From IMG/VR virus record IMGVR_UViG_3300021560_000013, positions 46,272 through 110,271 of that record: DNA of 64,000 bases; one strand, written 5' to 3'. This document shows positions 18,447-28,611 of this stretch, one piece after another. The notes beneath the pieces are model-generated. The model searched no databases. It saw nothing but the letters and a program-made list of their open reading frames with translations, and had not been told where the DNA came from. Source of the stretch: a virus. Positions within the stretch are counted from its first letter, which is position 1. The number at the start of each line of letters is the position of its first letter. The translations under genes and the position numbers were made by a program.

Positions 18447-18887
18447 CAGAACAGCCTCGGGGTCCGGCGTGTGCCGAGATGCCAGCCGTCGCACACCGTG
18501 CAGTGGTACGGGAAGCAGTTGTGCCCGTAGCGCTCGATGTGCATGCGCGCGTCGTGCTCGGAGGCGAACCGGCGCTTGGGCGAGCCGTCCGCTCGGAAGT
18601 GCTCGCCCACGATCCGCTCCTTGCCACGCTTGCGGCTAGGCAAGGCCGCGCTCCTTCAGCGCGAGCAGGTCGTCCAGCCCGCGCAGTGCTTCGCGCTTGT
18701 GCGACTCGCCGGTGCAGGCGTCGCCCACGAACGCGCCGCAGTGGCGGCAGCCGGACGTGAGCCCGGTCTCGATCCCGCGCGCCCACCGAGCACCGTCCTC
18801 GCGGGCCTGCGCCTGGGCGTCAGGGTCCGCGAGGAACCGAGCGTTCTCGGCGGCGATGGCGCGATCGACTTCTCGCTCCAGGCTCAT
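18446..18887 (-). other. Two small Cys-containing hypothetical genes (18446-18643, 18636-18887)
   Basis: Y.C.VC.GWHL and C.HC motifs; coupled. Confidence 0.55.
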
Positions 18888-19543
18888 GTCATCCAGCTTT
18901 CGCTGTAGGCGGTCACGCCCGCTTCGCGGAGGACCGCAGCGACGGCCTGCGCTGCCGCTTCCCAGCGGGTCAGCGACTGCGAGCCGCGCTCGCCGCAGAT
19001 GCTGTGGGGGTAGAGATTGACCCCGCCCCGGTAGCTGTCGGCTCGGCCCATGCCTTCCTTGACCAGGAAGCGCGCGAACCGCGATCCGCCCGGCTTGATG
19101 TTGACCCAGGCCGTGCCGCACACGCCCTCGGGGACGTTGTAGACCGGCTCGTTCGGATCCGCCCCGCCGTCATCGCCGCCCATCCGGGAGGCCATCATGT
19201 TCTTCGGCGTGTACACCACCATCGGCGCGGGGATCGCCTCACGGTATGCCGTCTCGCCAGCCTCAGCTGCTCGCGCGATGAGAGCCTTCATCTCAGGCTT
19301 GCTCATCTTGATCGAGCCGCCGCCGCCGCTCACGCGCCTGACGCACGTCGTGCAGATCTCATAGTCCCGCATGCCTTCTGCGGACTTGCGCTCGATCCGC
19401 CCGCGCTGCCAGCTGCCACGCCGGTCACCCTTCACCTCGGCAACGTCCTTACCGCATATCGTGCGGCTAGACTCTGCGTCGGCTGCGTAGTGCCAGCGTG
19501 GTTGGCGATAGGCACCCGGATTGTTCTTCCGGATGACTTCCAT
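18884..19543 (-). CDS. Conserved phage hypothetical protein
   Basis: EGVCG.AWVNIKP motif; CCCGACCGAGGAGG RBS. Confidence 0.7.
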   Translation of the reverse strand: MEVIRKNNPGAYRQPRWHYAADAESSRTICGKDVAEVKGDRRGSWQRGRIERKSAEGMRDYEICTTCVRRVSGGGGSIKMSKPEMKALIARAAEAGETAYREAIPAPMVVYTPKNMMASRMGGDDGGADPNEPVYNVPEGVCGTAWVNIKPGGSRFARFLVKEGMGRADSYRGGVNLYPHSICGERGSQSLTRWEAAAQAVAAVLREAGVTAYSESWMT

Positions 19544-19599
19544 CTCGTTCGTACCTCCTCGGTCGGGGAAGGCGGGGGGATCACCCCGCACACTGATGA

Positions 19600-19618
19600 T
19601 AGCATACATCGAGTGCTA
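19600..19618. promoter_or_regulatory. 19-bp palindrome between divergent genes
   Basis: TAGCATACATCGAGTGCTA; minus-strand -10 TATCAT. Confidence 0.65.
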
Positions 19619-19954
19619 AGGCCACTGCCGGATCACCGGTCTAAGACTGGGCGAGATCGCTTCTGGCCGCGTGTGACGATCGGGGAGCCGGACGAATGCT
19701 GGCCGTGGCAAGGACCGCCGGACAGTCAAGGCTACGGGCAGGTCAGCGCGGACCGTCGCCCGAGGCGTACGCACCTGCTCGCCTATGAGCTTGCGATCGG
19801 GCCGATCCCCGAGGGCAAGGTGATCCACCACGCATGTGAGAACCGGCTCTGCTGCAACCCGGCACACCTCGAACCGAAGACGGCTCCAGATCATGCTCGC
19901 GACCACGCCGATGCGAGGGCGCACTACGAACTTCTGCCGTGGTACGGCCCGTAG
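19613..19954 (+). CDS. HNH endonuclease (HNH_3-like)
   Basis: RFW..V....ECWPWQG...YG...H...YEL..GPIP....HHAC.NRLCCNP.HL. Confidence 0.85.
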   Translation: MLRPLPDHRSKTGRDRFWPRVTIGEPDECWPWQGPPDSQGYGQVSADRRPRRTHLLAYELAIGPIPEGKVIHHACENRLCCNPAHLEPKTAPDHARDHADARAHYELLPWYGP

Positions 19955-19956
19955 TC

Positions 19957-19975
19957 TCGCGCACGACGTGTGCTA
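19957..19975 (+). promoter_or_regulatory. 19-bp palindrome/-10 promoter
   Basis: TCGCGCACGACGTGTGCTA, -10 TAAGCT. Confidence 0.75.
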
Positions 19976-20013
19976 AGCTGGCTGCCGATCAATCCAAGAC
20001 CGAGGAGGTCACG

Positions 20014-20870
20014 ATGACAACAGCAGCCCCGGTGCGGGCACCGGAACGCGACTGGACGAAGCATCGGTACGAGCTTGTCCCGATCGTGGACAACCAGCAC
20101 CGGTACCCGCACATCATCGTGGGCGATTACGTCCACACGAGCACCGGAGAGCATCGCGCGATCCTGCTCGCGGAAGCCCTGATGGGCGACCACGCGCAGA
20201 TCGAGCGCATGCACGTCTACCACAGCCACCCGTCGCCGGGTCCGATGCGCCGCTACGTCGGGCGCGTCCTCCGGGGCGAGTCGGTCATCCGGCGTCCGCT
20301 CTAGCACGCGTCGTGTGCTAAACTGGTCGGCGTATCCCCGACCGAAGGAGACGCGATGCACACTGGCTATGACGACCTGGTGTGGGTACCGAGCGGCCAC
20401 AACGACGGCTACTCGTACGCCACGGTCGTGCTTGGCAGGAACGACACAGCCTGGAACCCGGCGAGCACGAAGCACGTCATCTACGGCCCGGCCAAGGTGA
20501 CCTACGAGCGGAGCCCGGCCAGCATCACCGGCTACGTCGAATGACCACCCGCAAGGCGGCGCGCAGGAGGCGCGCCGCCAAGCCACGCCCGGCCAAGAAC
20601 CCGCGCGAGGAGGAGCGCGACGCCAAGAAGCAGGAGCGCCAGCTAGAGCGCGCTCGCGCGGCGGCTGCCGACAAGCGCGAGACCGAGGCCCGCACGAAGC
20701 TCGGCAACATCATCCGCGAGGAGATGCAGCTGCCCCGCTGGAAGCACTGCAAGTGCGGGATCACGCTGCGCACCACCCGCGCCGAGATCGACGCGATGGG
20801 TGCGGGCTGCACTGCCGGGCGCTGGGTTTGCCCGACCCTTGACGCGATCAGGCGCAAGCTCGAACGCTAA
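20014..20870 (+). other. Three small hypothetical genes (20014-20304, 20356-20544, 20541-20870)
   Basis: GACCGA(G/AG)GAG RBSs or coupling; two stop codons lie within palindromes. Confidence 0.65.
20302..20320 (+). promoter_or_regulatory. 19-bp palindrome/-10 promoter; first 3 nt are the upstream stop
   Basis: TAGCACGCGTCGTGTGCTA, -10 TAAACT. Confidence 0.8.
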
Positions 20871-20886
20871 CGCGCGTCGTGTGCTA
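20868..20886 (+). promoter_or_regulatory. 19-bp palindrome/-10 promoter; first 3 nt are the upstream stop
   Basis: TAACGCGCGTCGTGTGCTA, -10 TACCCT. Confidence 0.75.
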
Positions 20887-20964
20887 CCCTGGGAGGAATC
20901 ATGGAAGCACACGACACGAGACGGGAGGCGGATCGCGGCTGCCACCCCGACAGAGGGGTGAGAG

Positions 20965-21222
20965 ATGGCTAGGGACAACGGGGCGGTCGCAGGACCGCCC
21001 AAGCCGCGATCGCGCAAGCCGCTGGACATCGTCGGCACCGCTGAGGTGGCGACGATCCTGGGCGTCGAGCGTCCGCGCATCGGACGGTGGATCAAACGCG
21101 GCGTCATGCCGCCGACGGTGGCGAACCTGCAGGCCACGCCAGTCTGGGACAGGCGGGACATCGAGCGGATGATCCCGTGGGTCGAAGAGAACCGCCGTAA
21201 CCGGGAAGCGGTAGCGAGCTAG
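20965..21222 (+). CDS. Excisionase/AlpA-like HTH DNA-binding protein
   Basis: IVGTAEVATILGVER..I.RW...G.MP......PVW...DI. Confidence 0.75.
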   Translation: MARDNGAVAGPPKPRSRKPLDIVGTAEVATILGVERPRIGRWIKRGVMPPTVANLQATPVWDRRDIERMIPWVEENRRNREAVAS

Positions 21223-21225
21223 CGC

Positions 21226-21778
21226 GTGGCGAACACCGCCGCCGAACGCGCGAGGGCTGCGCGCGAGGCCGCGCTGGAGCGCATCCAGCGGCAGGTGGAG
21301 GAAGGGCGACTGGTCATCCGCCAGATGACGCCCGAGGAGCGCGAGCACTGGGGACCGCCGCCACCGAAGGAGAAGAAGCGCAAGACCCCGAGCTACCGGC
21401 CATCGCTGGCGAAGCCGCACTACCACCCTGATGCCGTCCGGGAGGACGCGTAGTCTCCTTGGAGTAACCCGACCCGAGGAGGCGTACATGGCGACAGCCA
21501 ACGCGAAGGTGTCTCAGGCAACCGACTACATCGTGCTGGTCCGCCGGGAAGTAAGAGATCCGGAGTCGGACGAGATGGTCGTCGCCTGGGTCGAGTCCGG
21601 CCACGCGTCCGCCACGGCGCGCGACAGCGCAGTCAAGGAAGTGGCGGGCGACCGCGAGGGCGTCTGGCGTCCCGTGCCGATCCGCAACTGGCAGAAGCCG
21701 ATCCGGACTCGCACCGAGACGACCAGTCGCACGGTGGCCGAGGAGGTGGAGGACGAGCCCGCCGGACCCGCCATCTGA
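21226..21778 (+). other. Two small hypothetical genes (21226-21453, 21488-21778)
   Basis: ORFs; second has CCCGACCCGAGGAGG RBS. Confidence 0.6.
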
Positions 21779-22100
21779 TCCGCCGCAGGAGGAGCAGCAG
21801 CAGCCCAAGCCGTACGACCCGAAGGAGGGCGTCGAGGACTGGGGCGGCTACGACGACCTGGCGCTGGACCAGTACAAGGCGACCGGCTTCTACCTCTCCC
21901 GGCGCAGGCTGGGAGCGACCAAGGCGCAGGCGGCGGCGATGGCGTGCGAGGTGTTCGGCCACGACGCGCCGCGCGGCCTGTGCCGCCGGTGCGGGCTCGG
22001 CGTAGATCTCACGCAGGACGCGAAGGACAAGAAGCGCGTGGCTGAGCGCGACGCGTTTCTCGCTTCCCGGCACGGCTGAGAGCGCCGGTACGCTGTCCCC

Positions 22101-22679
22101 GTGGACGAGGACGGGGCTCGGTCGATCGAAGAGATGCACGAGCGCCAGGAGCGCAAGCGCGGGCGCAAGCCGGGCATGACCGAGGCCGAGCGCGAGGAGC
22201 GCAACCAGGAGTTGATCCGAGACCGGCTGCGCGGCCAATCGTGGACGTACCTGTCCGAGAAGTACGGCATCCAGGCGCGCGTCTGCATGAAGATCTACAA
22301 GGAGTGGCGCGACGAGAACGCGCCGACCTACCAGGGCCGTGACCCGATCGCGATCGTCCACTCGATGCTCGACCGGCTGGAGGCGTGGGTGGAGCAGCTG
22401 GCCGAGATCGCGGACGAGGCCGAGGGCAACGTCAGGATCTCCGCGATCAACGCGCAGCTGAACGCGCTGACCCGCACCGCCGAACTGATGCAGGCGACGG
22501 GCCTGCTGCCGCACGACCTGGGCACGCTGCGCCTGGAGCTTGACGTGCAGGCGCTCGGCGTCCGGCTTGTCACAGTTCTGACAGAACAGGGCGCAACGCC
22601 CGAGATGAAGCGCGCGATCCTCAACGCGCTCCGACCTGATGAAGTGCCGCAGCCCGCACTGTCCAACGGGAGCGGCTGA
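22101..22679 (+). CDS. Probable terminase small subunit
   Basis: N-terminal HTH then helical region; upstream of TerL. Confidence 0.65.
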   Translation: MDEDGARSIEEMHERQERKRGRKPGMTEAEREERNQELIRDRLRGQSWTYLSEKYGIQARVCMKIYKEWRDENAPTYQGRDPIAIVHSMLDRLEAWVEQLAEIADEAEGNVRISAINAQLNALTRTAELMQATGLLPHDLGTLRLELDVQALGVRLVTVLTEQGATPEMKRAILNALRPDEVPQPALSNGSG

Positions 22680-22877
22680 GGACTCCCGCTTCTGCGCGTA
22701 CCACCGTGACCTGTTCGCGGACATCGCGCAGGAGATTGACGACGGCAAGGAGTTGCGCCGCCGGACGCCCGAGCGCCGACGCCCGAGCGCGCACAGAGGC
22801 TGCGATCACCCCGGCTGCCCCGAGCCCGCCCTGCCGCGCGAGCCCTACTGCGAGGCCCACCTGAGGATGCTGACCCA

Positions 22878-24632
22878 GTGACGCTCAAGCTCGATCCGCG
22901 CAGCAGCTTCGGCATGACCGTCACCGACGCGTTCCTGGACGCGCTCGAATCGGACATCGCCGCGCACGAGCAGCGCCGGGCGAGCTTCCTGCAGTGGGCG
23001 CTCAAGGTGCCCGAGACGCGCGGGCCGCTGAACTTCGAGCGCTGGCCGTTCCAGCGCGAGCTATACGAACAAGGGTTCGATGACCGCGAGGTCGTCGTTA
23101 TGAAGGCCACCCAGCTGGGGATCTCCGCATGGCTCGTCCGGTGGGCGCTGTGCTGGGCCGACATGCACGCCGCCCGCGTCCTTTACATCTTCCCCCGCGA
23201 GCGCCAGCTGCTCGACTTCTCCGACGGCAGGATCAAGCCGCTGATCCTGGGCGAGTACCTGCGCACGCGCGTGCCGCCCGCGAGCGTGATGAACAAGACA
23301 CTCAAGTCCGTCGGGCTCGGGATCATCTACTTCCGAGGCTCCGAGGCCGAGGCCGGGCTGGAGTCGATCGACGCGGACGCGCTCGCCCTGGACGAGCACG
23401 ACCTGCTGGTGCAGGCGCACATCCCCATCGCGGAGCGCCGCGTCGGCGGGCAGGACTCGCTGGGCCTGATCCGCCGGATCGGGTTCCCGACGATCTCCGA
23501 CCACGGGATCCACAAGGAGTTCAAGAAGACCGACCAGCGCCAGTGGACCGTGAAGTGCGAGCACTGCAACGAGTGGCAGGCGCTGACGTGGGCCGAGAAC
23601 ATCGACCTGGAACGCGAGATCCGGATCTGCCGGGCGTGCCGGGCACCGCTGGACGTGACCCGAGGCGAGTGGGTGGCGAGCTACCCGGACCGGCGGGTGC
23701 GCGGCTACCACGTCACGAAGCTGATGCTGCCCGAGCCGATCATCGTGCCGAAGCTGATCGAGGCGTCGCGCGAGATGGTCACCTACAAGCGCCAGATCTT
23801 CTTCAACCGGGACCTGGGCGAGCCGTGGGAGGCCGAGGGCGCGCGGCTGACCCCGGCGATGATCGCCGCCGCCCAGCGCGGCTACACGCAGCAGACCGGC
23901 TACGACGGCGTCAAGCCGGTGATCATGGGGATCGACGTGGCGAGCGTTCGCGCGCTGAACGTGTGGATCACCGAGCGCACGAGCGACACGACAGGCCGGG
24001 TGCTGTACCTGGGGCTGGTGGACAGCTTCGATGAGCTTGCCAAACTGATGGACCGTTACCGAGTGGTGATGGCGGGGATCGACCACCTCCCCGAGAACCG
24101 CCTCGCGCAGGCGTTCGCGAATCGCTTCGCCGGGCGCGTGTTCATCATCAACTACGGGACCGACACTCAGCGCGACGTTCTCCAGGTGGACGATGGTCAG
24201 CGTCGCGCGAGTGTCCGCCGGACCGAGGCGATCGACGCGGCGCAGGAGCGCATCCGGGCGCAGCGCGAGTATCTGCCGCAGGATCTCCCGAGCGACTTCG
24301 TGGAGCAGATGTGCTCGAACGTGCGCTCCGTCGAGCAGGACGACGTGGGGAAGGTGAAGGTGCTCTACCGGGCCGACGGGCCGGACGACTGGATGCAGGC
24401 GCTCACGTACGCGGTCGTGGCCGAGGAGTGCTGGTGGATCCGCCAGCAGGTGGATCACGAGGAGGTGTTCTCGATCGACCAGATGGAGCAGCTGGGGTTC
24501 GAGCGCTCGACGCTGCGCGACCCCGAGTCGATGGACTACTCACCCGGTCGCAGCGACGGCGAGTACGCGATCACCAACGGGCATGTCAACGGCGACGGCT
24601 ATAGCGACGAAGAGGGCTACGACTGGGGATAG
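22878..24632 (+). CDS. terL: Terminase large subunit (lambda GpA-like)
   Basis: PFQRE, MKATQLGIS, DE.D Walker B, CEHC/CRAC, FFN..LGEPW, GIDV nuclease motif. Confidence 0.9.
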   Translation: MTLKLDPRSSFGMTVTDAFLDALESDIAAHEQRRASFLQWALKVPETRGPLNFERWPFQRELYEQGFDDREVVVMKATQLGISAWLVRWALCWADMHAARVLYIFPRERQLLDFSDGRIKPLILGEYLRTRVPPASVMNKTLKSVGLGIIYFRGSEAEAGLESIDADALALDEHDLLVQAHIPIAERRVGGQDSLGLIRRIGFPTISDHGIHKEFKKTDQRQWTVKCEHCNEWQALTWAENIDLEREIRICRACRAPLDVTRGEWVASYPDRRVRGYHVTKLMLPEPIIVPKLIEASREMVTYKRQIFFNRDLGEPWEAEGARLTPAMIAAAQRGYTQQTGYDGVKPVIMGIDVASVRALNVWITERTSDTTGRVLYLGLVDSFDELAKLMDRYRVVMAGIDHLPENRLAQAFANRFAGRVFIINYGTDTQRDVLQVDDGQRRASVRRTEAIDAAQERIRAQREYLPQDLPSDFVEQMCSNVRSVEQDDVGKVKVLYRADGPDDWMQALTYAVVAEECWWIRQQVDHEEVFSIDQMEQLGFERSTLRDPESMDYSPGRSDGEYAITNGHVNGDGYSDEEGYDWG

Positions 24633-25434
24633 CGTCCAGGCGCGGGCGTACGTAATCCCGGTAGGCGTGCAGGTTGAGCCGACTGCCGCCCAGACCGACC
24701 CCGCCGCGCCCGCGCCAGTACAGGTCCGCGAAGCGGGCGTCGTCCCGCTCGCATGACACCTCGATCTTCTGGTCGGACCGGCGCAGCAGCGAGACGTGGC
24801 AGAGCGGCATCCCGGCAGTGAGGATGTGCCTGCCGTCGCCCTGTAGCCGGTAGCGGAACACCGGGTTGAATTGGTGGTAGATGTCGGTGTGGATCAGGCC
24901 GGGGATCGCGACCACGGGAGCGTCCACCGCGTAGGGCACCGGGTCCACTCGCAGCGAGTAGCCGGGCGGCGTCTCGACCACCCACATGCATTCGAGCTTG
25001 AACGCCATCTCATCCTCGTCCGGGTAACGGGGCATTCCCTCGCGCTGGTCCAGCGGGTGAACGGAGACCATCGGCAGTCCGGGCGGCGCGGCGAAGTCGC
25101 GCACCCTGCCGCCGTCCTCGTACACCACAACGTCTTCCCACAGCGGCATGATCCAGCCGGTCGTGAGGCGATCGAGGACCGCCGGGCAGCGGCGCATAGT
25201 GCTCGGCAGCACGCCGAACGGCCTGCCGATGCCCTCGTTCGTCTCGTGGGGCATCTCCTTCCACCAGTCCGGGATGGCCTTGTGTGCAGGCACGAGCGGG
25301 TAGGTCTCGGCCATGCCCGGCGTAACGGTGTAGAACTTCACCTCAGGCGCACGTCGTCGTAAGCGCATATCTGGTGGCAGCCTAGTGGATCTGACCGACG
25401 GGATGAACGAGGGCAGCTGAGCCGGTTCGGTCAT
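24586..25434 (-). CDS. Conserved phage protein (DUF6065-like), reverse orientation
   Basis: PDWWK, T.RRCP...D....GW..PLW, TPPGYSL, PG.I.TD, AG.PL motifs. Confidence 0.65.
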   Translation of the reverse strand: MTEPAQLPSFIPSVRSTRLPPDMRLRRRAPEVKFYTVTPGMAETYPLVPAHKAIPDWWKEMPHETNEGIGRPFGVLPSTMRRCPAVLDRLTTGWIMPLWEDVVVYEDGGRVRDFAAPPGLPMVSVHPLDQREGMPRYPDEDEMAFKLECMWVVETPPGYSLRVDPVPYAVDAPVVAIPGLIHTDIYHQFNPVFRYRLQGDGRHILTAGMPLCHVSLLRRSDQKIEVSCERDDARFADLYWRGRGGVGLGGSRLNLHAYRDYVRPRLDAIPSRSPLRRYSRRR

Positions 25435-25447
25435 TCCACAAGGAATG
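25432..25447. promoter_or_regulatory. 16-bp palindrome CATTCC-N4-GGAATG
   Basis: CATTCCACAAGGAATG at start of 24586..25434 gene. Confidence 0.55.
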
Positions 25448-25475
25448 GGTAAACCTTACGCACGCGCCCTTCCCA

Positions 25476-25494
25476 TAGCGCACGTCATGTGCTA
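25476..25494 (+). promoter_or_regulatory. 19-bp palindrome/-10 promoter
   Basis: TAGCGCACGTCATGTGCTA, -10 TATCCT; leader hairpin then CCCGACCGAGGAG. Confidence 0.8.
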
Positions 25495-26416
25495 TCCTCT
25501 AGGTGGAGGGTGGGAGGCTCCCGCCCTTGACTCCCGACCGAGGAGACACCATGCAGGCCACCACGCTGTATCTCGCGAATGGTCTCGTCAGGACCGTGAA
25601 GGGCCGCGCCGAGGATGTCGGCGCTGCGCTCAAGCGGCGGAAGCTGGGCGATGATGACCGGCTCCGTCAGTTCACCGACCTGAACGGCGAGACCGTCACC
25701 GTCAACGCCGACGCCGTGGCGCTCACCGAGGCCGCGAACGTCGCCGCGAAGGGGACCTTCGGCTTCAGCCGGGTCCTGGAGGAGGCAGCATGATCAAGGC
25801 GATCCGAGCAGAGATCCGCTACCGCGTCCAGCTGTTCTGGGCGGCGGTGGACATCGCATTCGAGTTCGTCGCGATGGAGTGGGCGGCGATCGCCGTCCGC
25901 TGAAAGGAGAGAGATGACCGCAGCGATCCTCACCACCCTCACCGGCGCGGGCTGGGCGCTCTACGCCTGGCTGCGCGGCAAGACCGGCACGCTTGAGCGC
26001 GAGGAGCTTCTCGTGGCGCTGATGATCGGGCGCGTCCGGTGAGCGCCCCGCCGGTCCGGCACGTCGCCACGATCTTCGGCGGCAAGATCCACTACGCATT
26101 CAACGACGCGGGCATCACGTTCTGTGGTGCCCGCGTCGGCATCTTCGATGTCCACCATCCCGACCTGGAGGTGGACTGCCGCAACTGCATCAAGGTCTTC
26201 GAGCACCGGCGCAAGCTCGCGCAGGCGCACGCGTGATCCGCCCGACGATCCACCGAGGCCGACGGCTGATGCTCGACGGGGCCACCGTCGGCTGGCTGGT
26301 CAAGCGCGATGGCATCTGGCGCGCATACCTGGTGCCCCGCCGGGGAATGCAGATCGTGATTGTGGCCGAGGGTCACACGCGCGAGGAGGCGACCGAAGCG
26401 GTCTGCCTACTCGCGG

Positions 26417-26435
26417 AAGCTCACGACTTGTGCTA
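26417..26435 (+). promoter_or_regulatory. 19-bp palindrome/-10 promoter
   Basis: AAGCTCACGACTTGTGCTA, -10 TAAGCT. Confidence 0.75.
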
Positions 26436-27914
26436 AGCTCTAGGTGCAGCCAATCGGCTGCGACACACCGACCGAGGAGAAGACGTGGAGTCGTACACCG
26501 CCTGGGACCTGATCGGGTTCGACGGCACAACCGAGGTGATCGACCGCCTGCTGGGCGGCAATCCCCGGTACGCCGAGCCCGACTACGAGCCGATCCCGGC
26601 TCGGGTCCGGGTGGTCGGAGGGCGGACGCTGTACGAGGCGGTCACCAACAACGGTGGCTGCAAGGTCCGCTTGAACCGGCTGGTGGACAACACCGGGCAG
26701 GTCAACCCGACGAGCCGCTACGTCGATCCCGACACACCATTGGAGGTGGTGAGAGATGGCTAACCGAGCAGTGTTCCGACTCGAACCGGCTGGCCTGATG
26801 GACCGAACCGACGGACGCGTGATGAAGCACGCGGGCGCGGAGGTTCACAAGATCCAGCCGCACGGCTGCCCGCCGAACGGCACGATGGGCATGGTCTACG
26901 TGCAGGTGGCCGACAGCGGCGAGTTCATCGGGCTCGTCTCGAAGCACTCGCTGGTCAAGACCGGCAAGACCGCTCCGGTGCGCGATCGCGCCGCCGAGGC
27001 GCGCGAGGAGCGCTCACGGCAGCTGCGCTCAAGGATCCGGGTGGTCTGATGCCGACGCCTGAGCTAAACGACCTGGGCCAGCCGCACGAGCGGTGCAAGC
27101 GCTGGAACCACGGCGGTCCCTGCTGGGGCGCGCTGCGGTTCGAGCTACCCGAGATGCCCGACGAGAAGCGCGAGCGCCACGTCTCGGCGGTCTACTCCGT
27201 CCTGCGCCGATCCGGCCTGGTCGTGACCGGCGCGCGTCGCGCCGAGTACTGGGCGCTGGCCGAGGAGCTACTCGCAGCTGCCGACACCGGGATATGACCC
27301 GCTGGGCCTACGAGCACGACGAGCTAGTCCGGATCGCCACCGAGGTGCTGGACCCGCTTGACCAGTGGGCGTTCAAGTGCCACGAGGCTTCACTGAAGCT
27401 GGTGAAGTCCGGGCGCTTCGGCACCTGCCGGGTGGCGCGCGGCTGGGGCGAGGGCGTGACCGGCCAGCACAGCTGGGTGGTGCTCGGGGACGACTGCTAC
27501 GACGACCGTGCCACGATCATCGACCCGACGCTCTGGAGCTACGACGAGAGCGTCAAGGGCGTCTGGGTCGGCAGCTACAAGCACGGCAAGCACGAGCCGC
27601 ACGGCAAGGGCTCGATCTGGAACTGGGGCCGACCGAACTCGGCCACCGGTCCGGCGATCGAGCTAACGCCGCGTAAGCCGTTCTCGCGCTCGGCTCAAGG
27701 CTTCCTGGACATCCTGGGGCCGCTGGACAAGGAGGGCTGGATCCACCTGGCGCACGCGCCGGTGGAGGGCTGGCCCGCCGCCGAGATCATCGACGCGCTG
27801 TGCGAGACGCCGCACCCCACGATCAAGGGCCAGACGTTCGAGGCGTACATCCCGATCGACATCGTGGGGATGCTCACCGACCGGCGGGCCGACCTGTACC
27901 TGTCCGACCCCACG

Positions 27915-27933
27915 TAGCGCACGACGTGTGCTA
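27915..27933 (+). promoter_or_regulatory. 19-bp palindrome/-10 promoter (consensus copy, includes upstream stop)
   Basis: TAGCGCACGACGTGTGCTA, -10 TACACT. Confidence 0.85.
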
Positions 27934-27941
27934 CACTCAAT

Positions 27942-28049
27942 GAGGAGGGGGCGCTGGCAAGGACCAGAGCCTCCCGGAGCGACGCCGGACCGCGTGAAGC
28001 GACCGGACCCTCCGGAGAGCCGAGGCACCGTCCCAGGCCCCCTTCCTTC
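27942..28049 (+). ncRNA. Long rod-like structured 5' leader or ncRNA
   Basis: Nested complementary segments GGGGGC/GCCCCC, GCCTC/GAGGC, CCGGAG/CTCCGG, CCGG/CCGG. Confidence 0.45.
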
Positions 28050-28592
28050 AACCCCGACCGAGGAGATCACATGCAGTTCGAGATCAACGACGCTCAGGCG
28101 CAGGCACTGATCGACGTGCTACGCGACCACGCTGACGGCGAGCCGGTCCTGTTCACCAAGCAGGGCAACGGCACCCTGACCGTCGCGTTCAACCTGGCGA
28201 CGATCGACATCGACACGGCGGGGATCGCGGAGGAGAACTGAGTGTTCGCCTACGAGACCGAGCCGTACGCGCGCTTCGCTGACGAAGGCCAGCCTCTCTT
28301 CTTCCGGCGGCGCTACGGGGGCAGCCCCGAGCCGCCGCAGGAGATCGGCGGCATGATGTTCGTGTCGCTCGCCCCCGCCGAGGCGATCTGGATCTACGGC
28401 TACTCGACGCAGTCCCGCTACGCCGAGGACCGCGCGCTAGACCCCGGCGTCTGGGCTACCCGCCGGGCGTTCTGGGGCTGGCACTACAGCGTCATGGAGC
28501 CGCGCGGTGAGCCGGGCTACATCGCCCTGGCCGACGTGACCGAAGAGATCACCCGCGAGGAGTTCGAGGCAGCAGCCGAACGCGGCTGGTCG

Positions 28593-28611
28593 TAGCGCAC
28601 GATGTGTGCTA
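28593..28611 (+). promoter_or_regulatory. 19-bp palindrome/-10 promoter (includes upstream stop)
   Basis: TAGCGCACGATGTGTGCTA, -10 TACACT. Confidence 0.85.

Noticed and set aside
23061-24458. Long minus-strand ORFs opposite terminase, collagen, MuF and CCA genes (also 37777-39048, 39098-40450, 40454-42052, 44207-45529)
   Set aside because: Typical high-GC antisense shadows with no motifs or RBS
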